Below, in pieces: positions 17,860-26,521 of a stretch of DNA of 37,634 bases. Made by a program: the position numbers and the translations under genes. The notes beneath the pieces were generated by a model that saw only the letters and a program-made list of their open reading frames with translations, was not told the origin of the DNA and made no database searches. Location: assembly GCA_016199665.1 (NCBI GenBank), contig JACQGG010000020.1, positions 1 through 37,634 on the forward strand, read 5' to 3'. The stretch comes from Acidobacteriota bacterium. GTDB taxonomy: Bacteria; Acidobacteriota; UBA6911; JACQSX01. Position 1 is the first letter of the stretch. Every line of letters begins with the position of its first letter.

Positions 17860-18966
17860 TTAGCGGGCGGAAAAGAAATCTGAGACCGCCTGAGCCACAA
17901 AAGAGACCTGGTTCTCGCCCATCTCCGGGTACATGGGCAGCGACAGGATTTCTCCGGCTGATTTTTCCGTTACTGGAAACTTTCCCGCGGGGTAATTCAA
18001 GTCCCGATAAGCGTTCTGGAGGTGAATGGGGATGGGGTAGTGCATCCCCGTGGAGATGGCCCGGCTTTGCAGCCAAGCCTGCATTTCATCGCGCCGGCGA
18101 GTTCGAATGACGTAAAGATGATAGACGTGTTCTGCCAATGGGCTGGCAAACGGGGTGACGACCTCCACGTCCTTTAGCAACTGGTCGTACAGGGCTGCTC
18201 GCTTCCGCCGGTTTCGGTTCCACTCGTCCAGGTGGCGCAGCTTGATACGAAGGACCGCCGCCTGGACCGTGTCCAGGCGGTGGTTGAACGCGAGAAAGTC
18301 GTGGACATACTTTCGGCTTTGACCATAGTTCCGGAGCATTCTCACCTTGTCGGCGACCTCGGCCGAGTTGGTTACCAGCATGCCCCCATCCCCGAACGCG
18401 CCCAGGTTCTTGCCGGGATAAAAGCTGAAGGCGGCTGCGTGCCCGAGCGAACCGACTCGGCGCCCCTTGTAGTGGGCTCCATGAGCTTGGCAGGCGTCTT
18501 CCAGAACGACCAGCCGGTGTTTTTCCGCGATTGACAGGATGGGATCCATGTCGGCCGGCTGGCCGTAGAGATGGACGGGAACAACGGCTCGCGTACGATG
18601 GGTGATCGCGGCCTCGACGGCGGGAGGATCCATGTTATAGGTCCGCGGGTCCACATCCACTAATACCGGCCTGGCTCCCGCAAAGGAGATCGATGACGCG
18701 GTTGCGATGAAGGTGTTGGCAACGGTAATGACTTCATCTCCCGCCTGGATCCCCAGCGCGCGCAGTCCCAGCTCCAGCGCCGAAATGCCGGAGTCAAGGC
18801 CCACCGCGTACCGGACCCCGCAGTACGAAGCGAACTCCTCCTCAAGCAGCGATACTTCTTCCCCAAGAATGAAGTCAGCTCGGTCCAGAACGCCCTCAAT
18901 GGCTTGCAGAACCTCTCCCTTGAGAGCCCGGCATTGCGTTTTCAAGTCAACAAAGGGAACTTGCAT
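17860..18966 (-). CDS. DegT/DnrJ/EryC1/StrS sugar aminotransferase
   Basis: VPFVDLK, VHLYGQPAD, EDACQAHGA, SFYPGKNLGAFGDGG (catalytic Lys), LSLPMYP. AGGAG RBS. Confidence 0.95.
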   Translation of the reverse strand: MQVPFVDLKTQCRALKGEVLQAIEGVLDRADFILGEEVSLLEEEFASYCGVRYAVGLDSGISALELGLRALGIQAGDEVITVANTFIATASSISFAGARPVLVDVDPRTYNMDPPAVEAAITHRTRAVVPVHLYGQPADMDPILSIAEKHRLVVLEDACQAHGAHYKGRRVGSLGHAAAFSFYPGKNLGAFGDGGMLVTNSAEVADKVRMLRNYGQSRKYVHDFLAFNHRLDTVQAAVLRIKLRHLDEWNRNRRKRAALYDQLLKDVEVVTPFASPLAEHVYHLYVIRTRRRDEMQAWLQSRAISTGMHYPIPIHLQNAYRDLNYPAGKFPVTEKSAGEILSLPMYPEMGENQVSFVAQAVSDFFSAR

Positions 18967-19074
18967 TCGGTCAACTCCTGCGTGCGAAGCGTCGGCGCCT
19001 TTACCAGCGCCGTGTGAGTGCCGCTGGTCTTACCAGCAATCGCCTCATTTCGAAAAGCTGTTGCACTTACCAGT

Positions 19075-20082
19075 TCAGCCAGGCCGCTCGCGATCCTGTA
19101 CTCGAACTGTCTCGACGAACATCTTCCGGGCTGCCCGCTCCCGAAGCGTATAGTAGGCGTAAATTGCAGTTTGCACGAAGCTTACCACCGGGTGGTAGAG
19201 CCAGTATCGGTTTCGCTCTCTCAGAGCCAGATAAAGGGCATGCGCCATCGAAACGACTGGAATGCCGCTGTAAAGGGCCCATAACGCGAGCTTCCATTTA
19301 AAGGAACGATTAAAAACCCACCGCATATTCCGCGTCCGGTAGTTGCTGGCCAGATGATACCGATAGTTGCGCGCCATCTTTGCAGACCACTCACGCAGCG
19401 AAGTGACTGTATGGTGGTAGGTCTGCAGCGAAGGAATGTAACCGACCCGAGTGTGCCCTTTTTCAATCAGATCCTGAAAAACGTCATTGTCGCCGAAAAA
19501 GCCTTCCTGCAGAATGGCGTCCCGTACCAGGTCCATTCGATAAACCAGCCCGTTGGCTCCCCAAACCAGCGGTTTTTCCGGCGTCACGTCGAAGGTGTAG
19601 CAGTCGGCGGCAGGGTCGTGCCGTGCGGATCGAAAGTAGTGTTTCAGATTCTTGTTGAGAAAGTGGTTGATCGGATCGCTTTGAATCAGCTCATAGTATT
19701 TATTGATAGGAGGATCCTGGTCTCCTGAAACCAGCTTCCCCCACAGGGCAGCCAGCTTTGAATCTCCTTCAAACTGCCGGGAAGCGCGCTGCAGCCAGTC
19801 GCGGCCTTTCAAACCATTGTCGGCAGCAAAAATGACCAGCAAATCGCCGCTGGCGTTTTTAACGTTGATCTTCGCGCCGAAATCCGCAAGTTTTCTCGGA
19901 TTGGGGAAGATTCTCGCCCCATACCGGCGGGCAATCTGCAGAGTTCCATCCGAGGAGCCGCCATCCGCCACCAGGATTTCCACTCGCTCCCGCGGATAGT
20001 CCTGATCCCGGATTGACCGGAGACATTCCGCCAAATACCGCTCAGCGTTGTACGTCGGCAGGGAAAAACTGAATTTGAGCAT
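19075..20082 (-). CDS. GT2 glycosyltransferase
   Basis: LPTYNAE, ILVADGGSSDGT, FAADN, GDND and a C-terminal hydrophobic segment. ATG 20082 forms a TAATG overlap with the HAD stop (track start 20091). Confidence 0.9.
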   Translation of the reverse strand: MLKFSFSLPTYNAERYLAECLRSIRDQDYPRERVEILVADGGSSDGTLQIARRYGARIFPNPRKLADFGAKINVKNASGDLLVIFAADNGLKGRDWLQRASRQFEGDSKLAALWGKLVSGDQDPPINKYYELIQSDPINHFLNKNLKHYFRSARHDPAADCYTFDVTPEKPLVWGANGLVYRMDLVRDAILQEGFFGDNDVFQDLIEKGHTRVGYIPSLQTYHHTVTSLREWSAKMARNYRYHLASNYRTRNMRWVFNRSFKWKLALWALYSGIPVVSMAHALYLALRERNRYWLYHPVVSFVQTAIYAYYTLRERAARKMFVETVRVQDRERPG

Positions 20083-20741
20083 TACACGCAAACCCTCGGA
20101 AGAATGGAGACCAGTTCCGCCAGATCTCGGATAATGAAGTCCGGGGAGACGCCGGCCAGGGGGTCGCGACTTCGGATGCCGTTCAACACAGCCACCGAAG
20201 CCAACCCCAGGGCCCTGGCGGCCAGGACATCCACTTCGGTGTCTCCCACCAGCAGAAGGGCATCGCGCAGACGCTGCGGCGCCGTTTCAATGAGCCGCCG
20301 CTTCAAAATCCACCCTTCGGCAGACTGCGTGTCACCGGAACAGAGGATTTCGTCAAATGCGCCGCGCACTCCCAAACGTTCGAGTTCCCAAAGCAGGTTG
20401 TCACACTGCTGCCTCAAGGTAGCCGCCGCAAGCTGAAACCCTTCGCCGCGAAGATGCTGCAGCGCCGGAGCCGCGCCCTGCTGTATCTGATCAAGATACA
20501 GGAACCGCCGATCTTCTATGCTTTCGAGCCACCGGACGCGGTAGCGCGACAGGACGCTCGGGTCGGCAAGACCGGGCTCTATTTGATCGAGCGCCTGCCG
20601 TTTTCGCTTGCCTTCCCAGTAGACGGCATAGGGCGCCGGGGTGACATCGATATCCTTGAGGATTTCGCTATGAACCGCGTAATAGCGCCGTGATACGTCG
20701 ATGACCGGACCATCCAAGTCCAGAAAAATAGTTTTGCCCAT
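20082..20741 (-). CDS. HAD-superfamily hydrolase/phosphatase
   Basis: Motif I FLDLDGP, motif II ATLR, motif IV VGDTEVD. Start ATG 20741 or 20759. Confidence 0.9.
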   Translation of the reverse strand: MGKTIFLDLDGPVIDVSRRYYAVHSEILKDIDVTPAPYAVYWEGKRKRQALDQIEPGLADPSVLSRYRVRWLESIEDRRFLYLDQIQQGAAPALQHLRGEGFQLAAATLRQQCDNLLWELERLGVRGAFDEILCSGDTQSAEGWILKRRLIETAPQRLRDALLLVGDTEVDVLAARALGLASVAVLNGIRSRDPLAGVSPDFIIRDLAELVSILPRVCV

Positions 20742-20774
20742 CGGGCTCCCCGCCCGCATCCTGACAAATGCGAG

Positions 20775-21779
20775 CTAGACCTTAAAACGTGTCCAGCGGC
20801 TGATATGATCCGCCAGCCAGTCCAGCTCCTCCACAATGCCGTCCAGGAGCCCCACCTGAGGCTTCCAGCCCAGCAACTGCGTCGCTCGATTGGGACTGAG
20901 GATCATCGTCTGCAGTTCCGACGGCAGCCGCACTCGCCCTTCAACCAGCGCGGAACTTTCTCCCGGCTGGATCGATTCATGCACGATATCGATGGTGCCC
21001 TGGCTCAAGCCGGCAACCTTCTCCGCCAGTTCTCGGACCGACGTTCCGGTGCCGCTGGAAACATTGAGCGGCTCCCCGCAGTTGTTGAACCGGCGCACCA
21101 ACAGCGTGTTGAGCCGGGCCACATCGGATACATGCACAAAATCACGCTGTTGGCCGCCATCCCCAAAAACCACGAGGTGCTTCTTCTCCAGCAATCGCTT
21201 CAGGAACACGGTAAGGACCCGGCCGTACCACTCCCGCGAGCCAAAGACGATGGAGTACCTTAAACTGTAAACGGGAATCCCGTGCTCCCGCTGGTAGTAG
21301 TCGGCGTAGAGTTCCGCCGAAAGCTTGCTGGCGCCGTAGGGCCAGTTTGGCTTCAACGGATGGGATTCGGCCTCCGGCACAGACTGAGCCTGGCCGTATA
21401 CGCACGCCGACGACGCGTTGATCACCGCCTCAACGCCCTGCTCGATGCAGGCCTGCAGGACGTTGACGGTGCCTGCGGTATTGATGGTCAGGTCATGCAC
21501 CGGATGGTCGATGCATTTTATGATTTCGAGCTGCGCCGCCTGATGGGAAACAATTTGATGTCCCGCAATCGCGTTGGACAGTGCCTCGAAATCGAGAATG
21601 TCCCCTTCGACAATCCTGACGTCGGCCTGCACTTCCTTCAGGTTTTCGCGGTAGCCGGAGGAAAAATCATCGTAAACGGTGACGCGAGCGCCCTGGCGCA
21701 CCAGATCTTCGACCACATGGGAGCCGATGAATCCAGCGCCTCCCGTCACCAGAATCCGGAGGTTGTTCAAATCAGGCAT
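20775..21779 (-). CDS. NAD-dependent epimerase/dehydratase (GalE/WbpP-like extended SDR)
   Basis: TGGAGFIGSH, HQAA, ASSACVYG, YGASK, GDGGQQRDFVHV. ATG 21779 overlaps the upstream stop (ATGCCTGA); track start 21809. Confidence 0.9.
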   Translation of the reverse strand: MPDLNNLRILVTGGAGFIGSHVVEDLVRQGARVTVYDDFSSGYRENLKEVQADVRIVEGDILDFEALSNAIAGHQIVSHQAAQLEIIKCIDHPVHDLTINTAGTVNVLQACIEQGVEAVINASSACVYGQAQSVPEAESHPLKPNWPYGASKLSAELYADYYQREHGIPVYSLRYSIVFGSREWYGRVLTVFLKRLLEKKHLVVFGDGGQQRDFVHVSDVARLNTLLVRRFNNCGEPLNVSSGTGTSVRELAEKVAGLSQGTIDIVHESIQPGESSALVEGRVRLPSELQTMILSPNRATQLLGWKPQVGLLDGIVEELDWLADHISRWTRFKV

Positions 21780-22758
21780 TGCCTTGAGGTTCCCTGCCGT
21801 CGGCCACAAAAAATTCCTGCCAAGTCCGGAGCATCAGGAGATCGAAGACCAGTCCCCGGGAAGGGTCCGGGATCGGCTGGCCCTGGTAAAGCTGAAGCAG
21901 CAGGAGCGGAAGGTTCAATCCTGCCTTGACCGTCAGCGGCAGGCTGGCCGGAAATTTCGGATTGATTTCAATCAAGAAGATCTCCTCTCCCCTGCGAATG
22001 CACTGGATGTTGACGCGCGGAGTCAGATCAAACAGACGGGAGACCTTTCGGGCATATTCCACCAGAAGGGGATCCCCCACCGTCCTGCCCTTCACCTGCA
22101 TGCCCGCCTTGACCTCAATTCGAACTTTGGGCAGAGCGCAGATGAGCTCTCCCTTGAGATCCGTCAAAACATCTATGGTGTACTCGGCCCCCTCCACAAA
22201 ATCCTGGATGATGGCATCCGGCACGTAGCTGGAGAAGAACGCGAGCTCTTTCTTGTTCTCGATCCGGTAGACATTGGCCGACCCGCGGCCTCTTGACGGC
22301 TTAATCAGGAGCGGAAAAGACGCCTCTTCCAGTTCCGGCGCTCCCGGCAAATAAGTCCGCGGAGTGAGCAAGCCGAGCTCCTGGCAGCGCTTGAAGAACG
22401 CGTACTTATCCTTGGTAATCCTCACCGTTTCCGCGGTATTGCCGATTACGGTCACACCGTGGCTCTTGAAGAATGCAGCCTGCTCGGCAAAGACAGGAAG
22501 CTCCTCATCTATGATCGGGAAAACATACCCGGCCCCGCGAGAACGGCAGATCTCGAGAACCCTGGGAACAAACTCAGGAGCATCGGCCCTGGGCACGACG
22601 AAATTCTCATGGGCCAGCCTGAAACCCACCGACCGCGGGTTCATGTCGGCGGCCAACAGCGTCAGGCGACCATCGGCTCGAAGAGCCTGAAGCACGGCAA
22701 AGCCCGGAACCGAGCCGGCGCTCATGACCAGAACACTGGGGGGGGGGCTAGCGGGCAT
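21772..22758 (-). CDS. ATP-grasp domain protein (carbamoyl-phosphate-synthase-like ligase)
   Basis: FPIIDEEL, KDKY, LIKPSRGRGS, IQDFVEGAEYTID, NIQC, IEINPKF. ATG 22758 overlaps the upstream stop; track start 22860. Confidence 0.9.
   Translation of the reverse strand: MPASPPPSVLVMSAGSVPGFAVLQALRADGRLTLLAADMNPRSVGFRLAHENFVVPRADAPEFVPRVLEICRSRGAGYVFPIIDEELPVFAEQAAFFKSHGVTVIGNTAETVRITKDKYAFFKRCQELGLLTPRTYLPGAPELEEASFPLLIKPSRGRGSANVYRIENKKELAFFSSYVPDAIIQDFVEGAEYTIDVLTDLKGELICALPKVRIEVKAGMQVKGRTVGDPLLVEYARKVSRLFDLTPRVNIQCIRRGEEIFLIEINPKFPASLPLTVKAGLNLPLLLLQLYQGQPIPDPSRGLVFDLLMLRTWQEFFVADGREPQGNA
22738..22747. repeat. G10 homopolymer in the 5' end of the ATP-grasp gene
   Basis: ggg+ggggggg at 22738-22747; reads AGC CCC CCC CCC (SPPP) on the minus strand. 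Confidence 0.9.
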
Positions 22759-23806
22759 GTGAAGCCGCCGGAGACTCAACAGGTTCAGCCGCACTGCCAT
22801 TTTGAATCGATCTTTCGATTGCCTTGAGAATTCGTATGATTCCGACGGCGTGCCTTCCATCCGTCAACGGGGTTTGGCCCAAGGCAACGCACTTCAGAAA
22901 GTGCGCACACAGGTTTTTCAGCGGCTCGCTGGCTTCAATCTTGGGAGACCTGATGGCGCCGTCTCTCATGAGAAGCTTGAATTCTCCAAAGCTGTCCACT
23001 TCCGCCTGCACCGGAACCACACCCTTTTCAAAGATGCGTATCGGCTCGAGTGAATCGAGGTCGTCAAATACGATCCGCTGATTGCTCCCAACCACGGTGA
23101 CACGCCGGACCTTGTTGGGGTCCGCCCAGCTTACGTGAATGTTGCAGAGCACGTTGTTGGGGTAGTGCAGGGTGATGAAAGCTACATCTTCACGCGCATT
23201 TCCCAGAAATCGGGCGCCGACGGCGCTGACGCTCACCGGTTCATCCCCCAGTACAAAATTCGCAATTGAGATGTCATGGGTGGCCAGGTCCCACACCGCG
23301 TTGACGTCCTTGCGAATCGGACCCAGGTTGGTGCGAGTGGCGTGGATATAGTAGGCTTTGCCGAATTCGGCGCTCTCCACATAGTGTTTCAACGCTGTCA
23401 CGCCGGCGTTGAACAGGAAGGTGTGGCCGACCATCAGGACGCATTTCCGCGCCTGGGCGAGCGCTACCAGCGCCTCCGCCTCACCCACTTCCAGCGTGAT
23501 TGGCTTTTCAACCAGCAGATGTTTCCCAGCCTCGAGAACCTGACAAGCCACCGCATAGTGCGTCGCGGCGGGAGTGGCGACCACCACGGCATCCGCTTCG
23601 GCCAGCAACGCACCCATTTCCCGGTAAGCTCTGATCGCGGGAAATCGTTCCAGAGCCATGGCCACGCGGGGGGCGTCCGGCTCCAACAGTCCGATCAACT
23701 GCGATTCGCGGATTTCACTGAAGACCCTCAGATAGTTCATCCCCCAGTGGCCGCACCCGATGACGCCGATCTTTAGCTTCTGGCTAGAATCCACCCGTTT
23801 CTCCAC
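22748..23806 (-). CDS. Gfo/Idh/MocA family oxidoreductase (sugar 3-dehydrogenase-like)
   Basis: IGCGHWG, VATPAATH, LVEKP, VGHTF, WDLATHD. GTG 23794 with GGAG upstream is the more likely start. Confidence 0.93.
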   Translation of the reverse strand: MEKRVDSSQKLKIGVIGCGHWGMNYLRVFSEIRESQLIGLLEPDAPRVAMALERFPAIRAYREMGALLAEADAVVVATPAATHYAVACQVLEAGKHLLVEKPITLEVGEAEALVALAQARKCVLMVGHTFLFNAGVTALKHYVESAEFGKAYYIHATRTNLGPIRKDVNAVWDLATHDISIANFVLGDEPVSVSAVGARFLGNAREDVAFITLHYPNNVLCNIHVSWADPNKVRRVTVVGSNQRIVFDDLDSLEPIRIFEKGVVPVQAEVDSFGEFKLLMRDGAIRSPKIEASEPLKNLCAHFLKCVALGQTPLTDGRHAVGIIRILKAIERSIQNGSAAEPVESPAASHAR

Positions 23807-23895
23807 GGAAGAATTTCAGGAAAAAAGACAACTTTTTCCCTTCCTCAATGTCTCGCTCTAAGAAAAACAACAGAAAGATGTTCGAAAAAACCGTC

Positions 23896-25386
23896 TTAAT
23901 GCGGGGTAGCGGCAGAGCTGAGCTTAAGGTTGTCGAGCGCAAAATCCTTCAGGTGACCTACAACTTTCCATGCTGCCCGCCCCAGGAACTTGATGTCATC
24001 CAGGCTTCGCACCGATATCACCTTGCGCGCGATGTATTGCGGACTCATAAATGACTTGTACAACTGCTGGGATAGCTGCAGAACATCTTCGGTGGTCAGT
24101 TGGCTTACCATCACTTGTTCGCGCATGTCGTAGCGATCCCAGTCCTCATGCAGCAGCCAGCCGTTCTCTCTGCACTGCTTGAACAACTGCGTTCCCGGAT
24201 AAGGGATCGTGATGGTGGCCTGAAGGGTATCGATCCATCCGCGCTGGAACAGATCCTTGCATAAATCGATGGTCTGCTGGGCCTGCGCCTTGGTTTCCCA
24301 TGGATAGCCGACCATGCAGGTAACGTGGGGTTCCAGGCCCGCTCTTTTCGCCATGCGCATTGCGTCGCGGATATCCTGAACCGTGTTTCCCTTGTTGAGC
24401 CTTTCCAGCGTCCGGTCATTGCCCGACTCCACCCCGTAAAGAATGAAGCGGAAACCGGCCCGTCCCATCAAATTGTACTGCTCCTGATTTAACGCTCCCG
24501 GCTTCATATTGCAGCCGAATTTGAGCTTCTTGTTGTACCCGCGCGCGATCATCGCTTCGCAGAATTTCTGCAGAAACGCTCCACCCGGGAAAGTGCCGGT
24601 ATCGTCAAAGATTTCCTTGACACCGTACTTGTGGATCAGTACTTCCACTTCTTCCAAAAGCTGGTCGGCAGTCATGACCTGAAACTTGGGAAAGATCGTC
24701 GTCCAGGAGCAGAAAGTGCAGCCGCCATCCTTGCGCCACCAGCAGTCCCGGCCCGCCATGGTGTAGGTTCCCGGCAAGTACTTGTAATTCCCGTTATGAT
24801 ACGCGTAGAGCCGCCACTTAGTGAGGTCACGGTCCAGCATTGGGATTTCGTGGAGACTCCCTTTTTGTTCGAAATGCCCGGTTGACTTAAAGCCGTTGCC
24901 GTCGCGATAGAAGACCCCGGCCGCGAGCGCCTCGCCTCCGGAAATGTTTCCGGCAAGATTCAGCAGCGAAAGATCATAGTTGCCGCCTGTTATCACATAG
25001 TCCACCCCGGAGTTTTCCATCGACTCCTCAGGAAAACCGGTGACGTGATCCCCCATCAGCACCGTAATGATGTCCGGGCGCAGCTCTTTGATGCGGTTGA
25101 TGATGCGCCAGTGTGTGCGGATGACGGGCGTCTTGGATTCAATCGCAATCAAATCGACATCCGAGTGTTGCAGCTCCTCCAGCCAGGGGCGCAGCCTCTT
25201 TTTTTCCGCGATCGCGTCGTCCCACACCACTTCGTATCCGCTCCGCTTCAGGAGAGTGGCCGCATAGGCGGGCACCATGGGATAGATGTAGGTGGGAGCA
25301 TTAAAGTACTGAAACTGCCGATTTTGAGCCAGAAGCGGAGTCCCCTTGGGAGAATCAATTGGCGGATAGGAAATCGCAATTTTCAT
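23896..25386 (-). CDS. Cobalamin-binding-domain radical SAM protein with non-canonical CX7CX2C motif
   Basis: N-terminal YPMVPAYAA/GDHVT region, GRDCWWRKDGGCTFC (24709-24744), GVESGN, VGYPWET, PYPGT. Confidence 0.87.
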   Translation of the reverse strand: MKIAISYPPIDSPKGTPLLAQNRQFQYFNAPTYIYPMVPAYAATLLKRSGYEVVWDDAIAEKKRLRPWLEELQHSDVDLIAIESKTPVIRTHWRIINRIKELRPDIITVLMGDHVTGFPEESMENSGVDYVITGGNYDLSLLNLAGNISGGEALAAGVFYRDGNGFKSTGHFEQKGSLHEIPMLDRDLTKWRLYAYHNGNYKYLPGTYTMAGRDCWWRKDGGCTFCSWTTIFPKFQVMTADQLLEEVEVLIHKYGVKEIFDDTGTFPGGAFLQKFCEAMIARGYNKKLKFGCNMKPGALNQEQYNLMGRAGFRFILYGVESGNDRTLERLNKGNTVQDIRDAMRMAKRAGLEPHVTCMVGYPWETKAQAQQTIDLCKDLFQRGWIDTLQATITIPYPGTQLFKQCRENGWLLHEDWDRYDMREQVMVSQLTTEDVLQLSQQLYKSFMSPQYIARKVISVRSLDDIKFLGRAAWKVVGHLKDFALDNLKLSSAATPH

Positions 25387-25432
25387 AGGGTATTACCCGC
25401 GCCGACCCGGACGCGACAGAGCTTGCCTGAAC

Positions 25433-25462
25433 ATACTAACCGCTGGCCAGTGCCCTGCGCAA
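25433..25462 (-). promoter_or_regulatory. Possible internal sigma70 promoter
   Basis: Minus-strand TTGCGC-18 nt-TAGTAT in the 136-bp gap upstream of the radical SAM gene. Confidence 0.3.
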
Positions 25463-25522
25463 TAGTTTTCTCTGACGACTCCGACGATCTCTCTGTAACG
25501 CTCTCTGTTGCAATACCGCGCT

Positions 25523-26521
25523 TCATCGAACCAGCCTTCGAGTAAGCAAACCCTTTATGAAATAGAGCCCGTAGCAAAAGTGCGTCGTGAAGATCCCTGC
25601 CCCACTCAGCAGCCCAAGCGCGAGGCTCCTGGTTCGGGCGGAAACAGCCGCCACTGAGACGATCAGCAGCGCTCCATAAGCCGTCACCAGCATCAGTGGA
25701 AGTCTGAGCAGCGGGCTGCTGCTGAAAACTGCAGGCAACGCCGCCAGCAGGGTGATGGTGAAAGCCGAAGGGAGGAAGTAGCTGGCTCGGAGTGACGTAT
25801 CAGGGTAAACCTTGGCAAAAAATCCCCGGTGCAGGGCATAATTGGTTATCTGCCTGAGGTGAGGCAGGAAGAGCTCCCGGCGGTGGTGCCATACGAAAAC
25901 ATTCGGATCATAAATGATCTTTAGCCCCAGTTCCTTGGTCACCGCCAGGCAGAGCTTGGTGTCTTCCCCCGGCCAAAAAGTTGAATCAAACCCCCCCGCC
26001 TTTTCAAATACGTCCCTGCGAATGAGGAAGTTGACCGAAGGGTAGTCGTCCACCTCGCGTTTTCGCTGGGGCACATAACGATATGCAAACACCCCTCCTC
26101 CAAGCCAGGTGGAAAAGACTTCGCCCGAGGCCTTCTGCCAGAGGTTGTCATCGACAGGGGTGACGGCCGGCCCTCCGACAGCCCCTACGCCGGGGTCCTC
26201 AAAGTGAAGCAAGGCATGATCGAGCCAGTCAGCCGTCGGATAAGCGTCGTCGTCGAGAAACGCCAGAACCTGAGCATCGGAAAACCGGAGAGCCATATCC
26301 CTCTTTTCGGCGGGACCGACGGCGCCAGTGGGCAAGATCTTGACCCGGCCGCCGCCAGGGAAGAACTCGCCTGTTTCGGCAGCGTCCGGCAGAATCAGAA
26401 CTTCAAAATTGCCGTAGTTGAGGTTCAAAATGTGAGGGACAGACTCCCTCACGTAGGCGTTGATCTTTCTAACGGGAATAATGATCGCGACTTGCGGCGA
26501 TCGCAGCGGATCGAGTTGCAT
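25523..26521 (-). CDS. GT2 glycosyltransferase with C-terminal membrane segments
   Basis: IIIPVR, AFLDDDAYP, VGGP, GGFD..GED and a hydrophobic C-terminus. Confidence 0.92.
   Translation of the reverse strand: MQLDPLRSPQVAIIIPVRKINAYVRESVPHILNLNYGNFEVLILPDAAETGEFFPGGGRVKILPTGAVGPAEKRDMALRFSDAQVLAFLDDDAYPTADWLDHALLHFEDPGVGAVGGPAVTPVDDNLWQKASGEVFSTWLGGGVFAYRYVPQRKREVDDYPSVNFLIRRDVFEKAGGFDSTFWPGEDTKLCLAVTKELGLKIIYDPNVFVWHHRRELFLPHLRQITNYALHRGFFAKVYPDTSLRASYFLPSAFTITLLAALPAVFSSSPLLRLPLMLVTAYGALLIVSVAAVSARTRSLALGLLSGAGIFTTHFCYGLYFIKGLLTRRLVR

Noticed and set aside
23785-23832. Short Phe-rich TTG-initiated upstream ORF before the Gfo/Idh/MocA gene (attenuator-like)
   Set aside because: Arises from T-runs in an AT-rich gap; no terminator/antiterminator pair and no link to amino-acid biosynthesis.
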